Of a DNA stretch of 56,529 bases, positions 8,170 through 17,300 are shown in pieces (position 1 is the stretch's first letter; each line of letters starts with the position of its first letter). The stretch spans positions 1-56,529 of the forward strand of contig JAGRAE010000002.1 of the NCBI GenBank assembly GCA_020435005.1, given 5' to 3'. A program made the position numbers and the translations under genes. The notes under the pieces were generated by a model. It ran no database searches and was not told the origin of the DNA. It saw only the letters and a list, made by a program, of their open reading frames with translations. Source of the stretch: Bdellovibrionales bacterium. Lineage in GTDB: Bacteria; Bdellovibrionota; Bdellovibrionia; Bdellovibrionales; UBA1609.

Positions 8170-11085
8170 TTACTCGATGGAAATAACAAATGAACTTCTG
8201 TCTATTGAAAAATTACTGTCCCCCACCACAAAAATTCTTCCATCACCATCAATTACTAAGCCGTAAGCGGTATCATCTGTTGGCGAACCTCCACAATAGC
8301 TTTCTGAATGAAATAAGCCTGAACTTGCAAAATCTGTATCTAAAGCACCTTGAGGGTCAAGCCGCCAGATTACCGCTCTATCGCCTCCACCAGAGTTATT
8401 ATAAGATCTGCCTGCAATAACAATATTTTCTTCTTCATCTAAAGCTATATCAAATCCATATGAATTGCCTAAACCGCTACTTAATGCTACGTCAGTATAT
8501 TTTCCGCCCGCGGCAAAATTTGTGTCTAAGCCAGATCCATCTGCTTTTAATTTCCATACAGACATATTGTCATATACGCCATATTCAAAACCTGTCATTA
8601 GGATATCATTGTTGGAATCAATTGTGAGAGCTGCAGCTTTACAGTTGGTGGTACAAGTTACTATGTATTTCCCATCAGAGTCAAAACCTGTATCTAAAGT
8701 TCCATCTGCTTTTAATTTCCATACTACGGCTTTGTCATAGCTTCCACTGTAAGCTGAGCCAACGACAATGATGTCGCCATTACTTAAAATTTCTAAATCT
8801 GAACCGCTTTCAATACCACCAGCGAGAACGCCGTGATTTATAAATGGGGAACCAGTATTAAAATTGGATATATATGAACCATTTGGTTCTAAGGCAAATA
8901 CAACCATATCAGCACCATTCCCACCGCCCGTGTCTGCTTCACCAGTTACAAAAATTTGATCACTAGAATTAACCTTTACCGCATACCCAATGTCATTTCC
9001 AAAACCCCAATCAATCTTAAGAATACCATCTGTGTCGAATGCTGTGTCTAATGCTCCATTTGGGTTTAGTTTTAATACTACCAGATCCTCTTGATATGAA
9101 GCATTTGTACTCTGACCGGTGACGATAATATTGCCAGAGCTGTCAATGGCTACATCATGGAATTCTTCGTCGGGTGTTCCTGGCGCTGATTGAGTCAAAT
9201 CATTAAATTTAGCCACACCATTGGTACCAAAACTTGTATCTAAGCTCCCATTGGGTAAATATCTCCAAACAACAGCATCCTTGTTTCCGCTAGAATTTTT
9301 ACTATAGCCAACAACAACTTTTCTGCCACTACTATCAATAGCGATAGCGTTAGCACTATCTTGAGAGTTGGCAGCGCCGGCAGTATTTGATTCAGTCACT
9401 ATACCATCTCCACTAAATCCATTATTAAAATTTCCTTGAGCAATAGTCTGTGGCTGGCTACCACTATGGAAACCATGATTATCTGCAGAATAAGTAGAGA
9501 AGAATTTTTTACTGTTTATTTCAAACCACGGGCATACTAAGGCTTTTTTACCATTTAGTGAGTTTGTATTTGCAAGATCAATGCTTCCTTCTACGTCTGT
9601 TAAACCCACAGCTTTTGTGGCAGCATAATAAACTGTTGGCAGATTTGGACTACTCATAGGTAAGTTTGCCACTCCTGAAATTCCACTCTTTAGAGCCATA
9701 TCGTGACAAGGTGTTATGTCTCTGTACTCTACATCTTGATCGACAATAAAAAAAGCTAAACCGTGGACCGCAGTTCCGGCGACTCCGGGTAAAAACCGCC
9801 AAGCCAGAGATGTATCATCAACATGTTGTAAAATCTGCGGACCATAAGTTCCGTCAATAACTTCAAAGGGTCCTTCAAAGGGAACGATTTTATGATCTCT
9901 TACATATTCTGGTTTAATTTTAATGCACTTATTAGTTACTAGGTTTTCATCACTGGTTGTTTCACAAGCAATGCTATCAGTTGCTGTTAATCCTGCGGAC
10001 TGTACAAAAAGAGAATCGTCATCGGCATTAATCGTTAATGCTTGAAAGTTAAGTTGATATCCCAACCAGGCGCTCTCAGTACCTCCAGAGGTGCCATTCG
10101 TTGGGTCTACATATTGGCCATAATTGTCTATAGGGTCTAACAAAGTATTACCTGAAAACTTTCTATATGCGTAAGGAGCTGGAGTATCTTCTGTTGGCAA
10201 CTGAATACTAAACTGGCTACCATTGGGCGCAGGAGTTCCATTTGAGCTAAAAAATCCTAGAACTATACTTTCTGCCTCGCCTTTCTCTGATTTGAAGTTA
10301 GATTCTCCCTCGGTATGCACTCTATAAAAATTGGGAACATTGATTTTTACTGCCGCGGAATCACTCGTCAAAAGTGGATCAATATCTTCTAAACTTTTCT
10401 CTACGAAGATGGGTGTTTTTGCACCAGTTAATTGTGCTGTGTGGATGTAAGTTAGTTTAACACCTTCAAAAAACATAAATTTAAACCACCCACTGAACAT
10501 ATACTCATCAAACAATTTCATTTTTGGCCGGCCAGTGCGTTTGGGTTGGTAGTAGCCTTCTATATGTCCTGACTTAAGTGACTCATGTCTTCCAGCTAAA
10601 CTTGCAGGCTTACCGCCACCTTCAACACTCCAATTATCTCCAATATCTACGTATACATTACCGCCATTGAAAACTACTCCAATTTCATCATCGTAGCCAA
10701 AAATCATTTGCTCAAATTCATTGGCAAACACAATTAGGACTTGAATAGTACGATTATTACCATTGGGAAAAGTTCGACCATTAAAATCTATTTGACTGGG
10801 AAAACTACAACTTGAAGGATCACCGCTTGATGAACTTTCCATTTCTTTGCAATCCCATTCATAAAAAGCTGTCTTTCCATCGAAGTGAACATTGGCGATT
10901 AGGTGCGCAGGAAAAAAACCATGGGGAATGCTAATGCCTCCCAAGCTTTGCACCTTTGAAAACTGATTAAAACTCATGCTTACTTTGGTGCCGTCGTCAT
11001 TAGATTTTCGCGTGCAGGCAGTTGAAATTGTTAATAAGAAAATAGTAAAAAATAACTTTCCAGAAAACGTTCTTAGATTCTTCAT
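8170..11085 (-). CDS. 971-aa lipoprotein: unknown N-terminal ~540 aa plus C-terminal delta-60-type repeats
   Basis: Lipobox LTISTAC. The C-terminal half has about 6 clear units with the signature LDT(S/A/G/N/D)F..(N/D/G)G (LDTSFGTNG, LDTAFDTDG, LDTGFDSDG, LDTNFAAGG, LDTDFASSG), as in the TIGRFAMs delta-60 repeat family as I recall it. Confidence 0.65.
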   Translation of the reverse strand: MKNLRTFSGKLFFTIFLLTISTACTRKSNDDGTKVSMSFNQFSKVQSLGGISIPHGFFPAHLIANVHFDGKTAFYEWDCKEMESSSSGDPSSCSFPSQIDFNGRTFPNGNNRTIQVLIVFANEFEQMIFGYDDEIGVVFNGGNVYVDIGDNWSVEGGGKPASLAGRHESLKSGHIEGYYQPKRTGRPKMKLFDEYMFSGWFKFMFFEGVKLTYIHTAQLTGAKTPIFVEKSLEDIDPLLTSDSAAVKINVPNFYRVHTEGESNFKSEKGEAESIVLGFFSSNGTPAPNGSQFSIQLPTEDTPAPYAYRKFSGNTLLDPIDNYGQYVDPTNGTSGGTESAWLGYQLNFQALTINADDDSLFVQSAGLTATDSIACETTSDENLVTNKCIKIKPEYVRDHKIVPFEGPFEVIDGTYGPQILQHVDDTSLAWRFLPGVAGTAVHGLAFFIVDQDVEYRDITPCHDMALKSGISGVANLPMSSPNLPTVYYAATKAVGLTDVEGSIDLANTNSLNGKKALVCPWFEINSKKFFSTYSADNHGFHSGSQPQTIAQGNFNNGFSGDGIVTESNTAGAANSQDSANAIAIDSSGRKVVVGYSKNSSGNKDAVVWRYLPNGSLDTSFGTNGVAKFNDLTQSAPGTPDEEFHDVAIDSSGNIIVTGQSTNASYQEDLVVLKLNPNGALDTAFDTDGILKIDWGFGNDIGYAVKVNSSDQIFVTGEADTGGGNGADMVVFALEPNGSYISNFNTGSPFINHGVLAGGIESGSDLEILSNGDIIVVGSAYSGSYDKAVVWKLKADGTLDTGFDSDGKYIVTCTTNCKAAALTIDSNNDILMTGFEYGVYDNMSVWKLKADGSGLDTNFAAGGKYTDVALSSGLGNSYGFDIALDEEENIVIAGRSYNNSGGGDRAVIWRLDPQGALDTDFASSGLFHSESYCGGSPTDDTAYGLVIDGDGRIFVVGDSNFSIDRSSFVISIE
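8173..9430 (-). repeat. Delta-60-type ~60-aa protein repeats (approximate bounds)
   Basis: Periodic LDTxF..xG ... (V/I)V(V/T)G motifs in the translated C-terminal half of the 971-aa ORF. Confidence 0.55.
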
Positions 11086-11116
11086 TTTTCTCCTCAGAAA
11101 TTAAAGACCTAATTTC

Positions 11117-11144
11117 TTTTCGGTGGATTGGACCTTAGTCTTTA
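11117..11144 (-). promoter_or_regulatory. Sigma-28-like promoter candidate TAAAGACT-N12-ACCGAAAA upstream of the 971-aa gene
   Basis: Read on the minus strand. The -35 half matches TAAAGTTT at 6/8 and the -10 half matches GCCGATAA at 6/8; the spacer is 12 nt against the canonical 11. It sits 31 nt upstream of the ATG, with the SD GAGGAG between. Confidence 0.3.
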
Positions 11145-11213
11145 GGCTTTTTGGCTATACTTTGCCTATTTCTTGTTTCAGGGTGATACAGTTTCAATTA
11201 TTATCAAATTGAT

Positions 11214-11831
11214 TTAGTAAGAAAACAAAACACCACAGAGTAAACCAAATTCAGACATAGATTCTTCGATTACACTGGCATTCATAAAGGTAGAAGATGT
11301 GACAATCTCACTTCGAATCACCATGTCACTCCTGTAGTGTAAATCAGCCCCAATTTTAATGCCGATGGTGACTCCTGAGGATTTTACCTTTTTTATTTTT
11401 TCTCCTTCGCGTGAGATTTCACCAAAGGCAAGACCCGCAGCACCACCTAAAAAGTAAGACCATTTTTTTGTAAAAAAATAGGATTCAGATTTTTGTGGGA
11501 CTATTGCCGGTACGACTCCCATATAATACCAACGCCAGGTAGCGTCGGTAAAGCCTACGCCGGAAGTAAATGGACCAAAGCGAAACCCTCTTCGATGTTC
11601 AATGGCAAAACTGAGTTTATCACTGATATTTTTTTCTAAGCCAATTCCAACAACAGCCGGACCTTCGCTGCGATTGGCATCAATATTTCCGTCATCAGTT
11701 TCTACCGTCTTTTGAATTCCAGTCCCACCAAAGCCACCTTTTAAGCCTAAGTTCCAATCTAAAGCATATGCAGAATATGATTGAAGGGTTAAAAATAATA
11801 AACTAAGCCACATTTTTTTCACTGTCATCAC
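11214..11831 (-). CDS. Small outer-membrane beta-barrel protein (OmpW/OmpA-barrel-like size)
   Basis: Signal peptide ending SAYA. Alternating hydrophobic beta-strand pattern with Gly/aromatic-rich strands, and a C-terminal FSY. The track start is a GTG at 11831; an ATG one codon downstream (11828) is equally possible. Overlaps the upstream gene by 29 nt. Confidence 0.6.
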   Translation of the reverse strand: MMTVKKMWLSLLFLTLQSYSAYALDWNLGLKGGFGGTGIQKTVETDDGNIDANRSEGPAVVGIGLEKNISDKLSFAIEHRRGFRFGPFTSGVGFTDATWRWYYMGVVPAIVPQKSESYFFTKKWSYFLGGAAGLAFGEISREGEKIKKVKSSGVTIGIKIGADLHYRSDMVIRSEIVTSSTFMNASVIEESMSEFGLLCGVLFSY

Positions 11832-13578
11832 TCTCTATTTTATCTTCACTAGAATTTATGTCTGGAACTGTAGCGGCTAGTTTATTTTTAAAAACTGTCT
11901 CTAAATTAATATCACCTAGGCCAATAAGTTGCCTTAACTTGTCCAACAAACTGTCTAGTAAAACAGATCTCTCCATTTCTCCTAAACTAGTTTCTTTTGC
12001 CAGATCATCCTTTAAAATAGCTTGTGTCATCGGTGGAACTATAGCCATGACTCGAGTCACCATGTCACTGCGAATCTGTAAGTAATTTAAAATTTCATCT
12101 GTTGATGCCCCTTTAAATAAAATTCTTAAATAGTCATCGGGCCACTCGTGTAGGAATGCTAATGATGGATTTTTTATTTTGTATTCTTCCATCATGTTGC
12201 CTTGAATTTTAGGGAGTATATTTAATGATTCCACAGAAGTTAACGAGTTAATCAATTTTGTTAACGTCATATCTAGAGACACCATACGTTCTTCAGACTC
12301 TGTAACAAAATTAGGGGCTAAATCATTTTCGATTTTTAATAATTCTTTTTCAGTGATGTCACTTAACTCTGCTGCTGTATTTAATAACTCAATCTTTTTG
12401 CTTTCATTGATTTCTTCTAAATATCTTTGTCTTTGGCTATCACTCATATAAAGAGTAACAATCGTGTTCATTTTTGCACTGTTTTGCATTAACACTTCAC
12501 TTAAGACACTAGTTTTAACTCCCCCAACGAAGGAAAAAGGTCGATGTAAAGTATCGCTTCCTAAATTTAAAGATGCCAATAAATCCCAATAAACTTGACT
12601 ATAGGCTTCAAGTCTTTCATGAGTGCTCATATTACGCATACTTTTAAAGGTTCTAGCTACATCTTCTCTGAACTCTTCTTGCAGGGGCAATGGGTTGACA
12701 ACTTTGCCTGCAGCTTCAGCTAAGCATGCAACTTGAACGATACCTTGCTCACCAAGTAAACACCATTCCTTCAAAATATAGGCTAGGTCATTTTTTAACT
12801 GAGGAACGATTTCTATAATTTGCTCTTTCACACGATTTATTTTTTCTACCATCCCCTCTTCATCTGCGCCATTATTTTTTGAAGCGACCTCACCTGAACC
12901 AATACCACCACCCGCTCCATCACCTTGCATTTCCATTTTATTACTGACATTAATGCCGGCAGCCTGACCTTTTTCAGCAGAACCTGACATTGCTTTAATA
13001 ATTATAGCGGCGAGTATTAATGCTAAAGCCAAAACCGCCAATCCAACTAAGCTTTGTAAGTCTTTAATGCTTTCATAAATGCTTTTTTGAGGAGGGATCT
13101 CTTTGCTTTCTGGCAATTTGATGGTGTGGATGATGGCTTCACCTATCTTTCCAAACTCATCTTGGACACGTTTGGAAAACCACTCCGAGACTTCTTTTGT
13201 TAACTCTTCGCCGAGATTATTTTTAAGTCCTAAAGTTATCTCTACTTTTTTAATGGCATAGTCTTCCCAATAGTTTTTTATAAATTCCTTTTCGCCAGAA
13301 TAACTTTGATAAAGGGCCTCAGGATTAATATAAGTTAAATCCAAGTCTCCAATGGGCTTATTATCTTCCTCTTTAGGCTGCACTTTGGCTATTTGTAAGC
13401 TGGCAGATACTTTAAATTCACCTTCTATCACTCTGGTAGATAATTGCTGGCTATATTTTTTAACAATAAGACTCTCAAGATAAGATCTGGCGTTCATTAA
13501 GTCGGCAGATGGAGTGCTTTGCGCTAGTGCACTCATTGGTAAAAAAAATAAAACTAAGAAATAAATCCGACAAATCAT
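11803..13578 (-). CDS. Membrane-anchored FliG-like protein (signal peptide, ~150-aa periplasmic domain, one TM, Gly-rich linker, ~350-aa FliG/MgtE_N-like helical cytoplasmic region)
   Basis: Signal peptide MICRIYFLVLFFLPMSALAQ. TM helix LVGLAVLALALILAAIIIKAM. The C-terminal segment FKGASTDEILNYL...MTQAILKDDLAKE...LRQLIGLGDINL parallels E. coli FliG LKGAEQPLREKFL...AADILRDDLANR...RRLAETGEMVI (recalled from memory). An upstream segment, NTIVTLYMSDSQRQRYLEEINESKKIELLNTAAELSDITEKELLKIENDL, resembles the FliG middle-domain pattern. Start overlaps the upstream gene stop (ATGA). Confidence 0.5.
   Translation of the reverse strand: MICRIYFLVLFFLPMSALAQSTPSADLMNARSYLESLIVKKYSQQLSTRVIEGEFKVSASLQIAKVQPKEEDNKPIGDLDLTYINPEALYQSYSGEKEFIKNYWEDYAIKKVEITLGLKNNLGEELTKEVSEWFSKRVQDEFGKIGEAIIHTIKLPESKEIPPQKSIYESIKDLQSLVGLAVLALALILAAIIIKAMSGSAEKGQAAGINVSNKMEMQGDGAGGGIGSGEVASKNNGADEEGMVEKINRVKEQIIEIVPQLKNDLAYILKEWCLLGEQGIVQVACLAEAAGKVVNPLPLQEEFREDVARTFKSMRNMSTHERLEAYSQVYWDLLASLNLGSDTLHRPFSFVGGVKTSVLSEVLMQNSAKMNTIVTLYMSDSQRQRYLEEINESKKIELLNTAAELSDITEKELLKIENDLAPNFVTESEERMVSLDMTLTKLINSLTSVESLNILPKIQGNMMEEYKIKNPSLAFLHEWPDDYLRILFKGASTDEILNYLQIRSDMVTRVMAIVPPMTQAILKDDLAKETSLGEMERSVLLDSLLDKLRQLIGLGDINLETVFKNKLAATVPDINSSEDKIESDDSEKNVA
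11902..12126 (-). other. FliG C-terminal-domain-like segment, including ILKDDLA (11998-12018)
   Basis: ILKDDLA against E. coli FliG ILRDDLA, the segment carrying the Asp-Asp pair implicated in MotA contact. Flanking FKGAS and GDINL match LKGAE and GEMVI. Confidence 0.45.
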
Positions 13579-14228
13579 TTTACCTCGGGCGCCTTTTTCT
13601 TTGCTGGTAAAGAAGCCGGCAAGCGCAATCTTTTTCGTACACTTGCTGCCATCTCTACTGCGTGGATTAGCGCTGGCTCAATTTCCAAAGCTTTTTCAAA
13701 CCACTCTAGACTTTCTTTAAAGTCACCCTTTGCATAATATATAGAAGCTTTCATTGATAAAGCTCTTGCAAACTCTGGATAGTTTTCAACTACTTTATCT
13801 ATCTCAATAAGAGCTCGCTCAAATTGTTTTGATCTAGCAAAACTCTGTGCCAAAAACATTTTGTCTAGAATTTCTTTTGCTGACTTTAGCTCTTCTATCT
13901 TTTTGTCATCTTTTTTTAGTCGTACATTTATTTCACTTTCAATTAATCCAGATGCAGACAGGGGTAACCAAATATTTCGTGTGATATAGTCTTCTTTCTC
14001 AATACTTAAGGTGACAAATTCGCCCGGCTTACCAAAACTATCAAAAGCTTCTTTGATTTCGTCATTTTTCTTTTCAATAGGAGTTACACCCAATTTTTTC
14101 TTTTCTCCAGACTCTGCATTAATTACCCATACCGTAGCCTTTTCTGGCTGTGTAATAATCTTCAGTTGCGTACTACAACCGAAGCTCAAAAATAAAATTG
14201 GAACTAATATAAAAATATAATTTTTCAT
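13575..14228 (-). CDS. Lipoprotein with N-terminal PEGA-like domain and C-terminal TPR repeats
   Basis: Lipobox LSFGC. PEGA-like stretch LKIITQPEKATVWVIN...LGVTPIEK...VTLSIEKEDY. TPR-like helices: ALIEIDKVVENYPEFARALSMKASIYYAKGDFKESLEWFEKALEIEP. Confidence 0.65.
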   Translation of the reverse strand: MKNYIFILVPILFLSFGCSTQLKIITQPEKATVWVINAESGEKKKLGVTPIEKKNDEIKEAFDSFGKPGEFVTLSIEKEDYITRNIWLPLSASGLIESEINVRLKKDDKKIEELKSAKEILDKMFLAQSFARSKQFERALIEIDKVVENYPEFARALSMKASIYYAKGDFKESLEWFEKALEIEPALIHAVEMAASVRKRLRLPASLPAKKKAPEVK

Positions 14229-14285
14229 TACTTTTTATATATCGCCAAAAAGCTAGAGAATATTAATTCAAGATTTTTAATCTAT

Positions 14286-14307
14286 ACTTAGTGTTTATAG
14301 ACTAAGT
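14286..14307 (-). terminator. Weak hairpin 6 nt after the stop of the 2303-aa gene
   Basis: ACTTAGT-N8-ACTAAGT (7-bp stem). No U-tract follows on the minus-strand transcript, so it is at best a weak or partial terminator. Confidence 0.2.
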
Positions 14308-14312
14308 GACAG

Positions 14313-17300
14313 TCAAGGTAATGAGCTTTTTATAATTAAGGCCGAAGAATTTAAATTTACCATGCCTCCACTCGGCTCAAGTCGAGTCGAGAAACGTTGT
14401 CCTGAAATAAGGGTTAAGGCTCCAGTTCTCTGTCTTTCTCTAAGGTCACTATTGAAACTTAACATAGAACTCACTTCAGCATTAAGTCCAAAACTTCCAC
14501 TGTCATTGGCATGATAAACCAGACTAACGTCGGCTGAACTTGTAATATCGTCTTCCAAATCAGCCTCAAAATAAAGCAAAGGATTTGAATATAAACTCAA
14601 GTCCAAATAAATACGGTCATCATAATAGTCTGTGCTAGAGCCCTGTGGATCCTGAAGACCGGCCATTCTATAGTAGGAAATAGCCTTGGTCAGATTTTCT
14701 AGTTTAACCCATAATCCAGCTTTGTGAAGAGCAACCGTACCTGATGAACAATTATATTCACACATGATTTGAATTTCATAGAGGTGACCTTCATTAGAAG
14801 AATTGAAATTGGCTACACCTTCATCAATGGGTATATTCGCAAGAGTAAGCGCATTATTACTGAATCGAGTATAAGTTCCATATACTAATTGCCCCACGTC
14901 ATTGTTGTTTAGAGCAACAACTCCTTCTGCTGTGCCCGTAGTAGAAACAATGGCCTCTAACTCCCAAGCATTAAAATCGGTAAGATTTTCCAAGTCATTA
15001 GCCTGGCGTAAAAACTGAATCCTTGAGTTCGGCGAAGAAAAGTCCAATGCCATAGTAGAATGAGCAAACACCTCTCCATCATTGGCTGATGGAATTTGAG
15101 AAACACTCAACAAGGGAAAATACAATTTTGTTTTAGATGCATTGCTTTGATTTACTAGTATTTTTGCTGAGTTCACTTCGACTTGTGCAGCAAAAGTAGA
15201 TGTTGATATTTTTATGCGATATTTATCGCTCCCTATATTAGGAGCAAAACTTGTTCTTAAGCGAGTATAGTCTGTTGTATTTGCAGGTAATAAAATACTG
15301 GCAATTTCCACATTTCCTTCATCCACCAAGTAAATATTGTGTGATGATGAATCTGAATTTTTTGCTATAACTTCAAATTCATAACTCGTAACACCATCAT
15401 AATCATCCGTATTTAATGAAGTCATTGTTCTTTGAAATGTAACGTCTGTTAAGTCTGAAGAGGCCAATCGTGTATCTGTTAATTCAATAGGTACTTGTAA
15501 TTTTAGAGAACCACTTCTGTTGATATTTGCTTCATTTGACACTGGACTTATACTATTATCAGCATAAACTCCGGTAACTACATAATAATAACTAACATCT
15601 GCTACAGCAGAAGTATCAATATATGAATTCGTACCCACATTGGTTATAACTCCGTAAGGTCCTCCAGAATTTTCAGATCTGGCCACATTGTAACTACTCG
15701 CTCCGGCAAGAGAGTTCCAATTCAACTGCACCCCTGAAGCAGCATTAGATGCTAACAAACTAGCGGGTCCACCATTTAAATTTATCCCTACTTCGTTAGA
15801 GTAAGCTGAAGCTACTTTCTCGAGTGTCACCGTTTGTACAACATAAAAATAAGTATTTCCAGAGACTACAGTATTGTCCGTATACTGAATTGTTGGCGCT
15901 GTTACACTAGCAATTTGACTGTAAGGACCTCCAGAGCTCGTCCCCCTTAAAATACGATAGGTATTTGCAAGTGGTGTTGAAATCCAACTTAAATTTACAG
16001 ATGAATTATCTTCAGCCGAAAGATGTAATGATTGTGGAGCTAACGGAAGAAAACCTATATTAATCCCTGAGCTAATGGCTGAGTCAGCCATGGCTCGCCC
16101 ACTGGCATCAAAAGATTTATAATAATAATAATAGGTGGTATTGGGATCGATTGTGGCATCATTGTAGGTTGTTGAAGCTATCCCAGATGCTAATAGATTA
16201 AAATCATAGCTATCAGTAGATCGATATACATTATAAGTTACGGCATTTGTTACAGCTGACCAAGACACATCTATACTTGAAGCACTTCCCCACTCCACAG
16301 TTGGTGCTGCAGATTCTAAATCCGTTACGATAATTGCATCTGGCGTGAGGGCGGACTCCATATCACCATTTGTTGCAGAAACCGCTATATAGTATGTGGT
16401 GCCTAAATTTAAACCAGCAATAACCACGTCTTGATTAGATGATGAAGTTTGAACAGGAGTCACATGACTAGGAGTAGTATCTACATAAACCTTATATGTA
16501 TTTACACCTTCTACTTTACTCCAGTCTAGAACCAGCTCTGTCCCTGTATTATTATTTCTAACAAATACCTGTGTGGGTGCTAAAGGTGTTATTCCGGGTG
16601 TAGCTCCACTTGTTGAGCTGGAAAGAGTGCTTCCTGAAGCAAAATTTGCTTGTACTTTGTAAAAGTATATCTGTCCGTTGACAGTTCCAGTATCTAAATA
16701 ACTACTTGTTGGATGGCTGGTTACTACTGAGGAAAAGTTTTTTCCATCTGAAGAGCGTAATAAATCATAGGTCAGCGCCCCACTTACTGGTGTCCATGAA
16801 ACATTGAGTTGATTATTCCCGACAGTAACAATAGGAGCCCCCGGATTAGAATATGTATAAATACTTTTTGGAGTAGTTAAGTATTCTGTAGCACTGACAA
16901 TAGCACCCACTTTAATAAAATATTGAGTGTTTGCTGAGAAACCACTCACCGTAGTTTCTGCTCCTGCTCCAGGTAAAACTGCTTTTTGCGTATAAGGACC
17001 ACCGGCTGAGGTTGCAGAATAGACAAGGTGTTGGGTGGCTGTTGGTATGGGTGTCCATTTAACTTTTATTGATGTACCAGAAACAATTTCTAGACTTACA
17101 CCAGATGGTGTCGTTGTCCCATCATTGAGTTTAGCTGATTTATAAGTAGTTAATTGACCTAGTGTTGAATCAGCAAATGTCGCTTGTACTTTATAATAAT
17201 ACCCAACTCCATTGGCGGCAGTAGAATCAATATAAGAATTTATAGCTGGATTTCCAATTTCAGAATAAACTCCATTATACTCAGTCGCTCTAAATACTTT

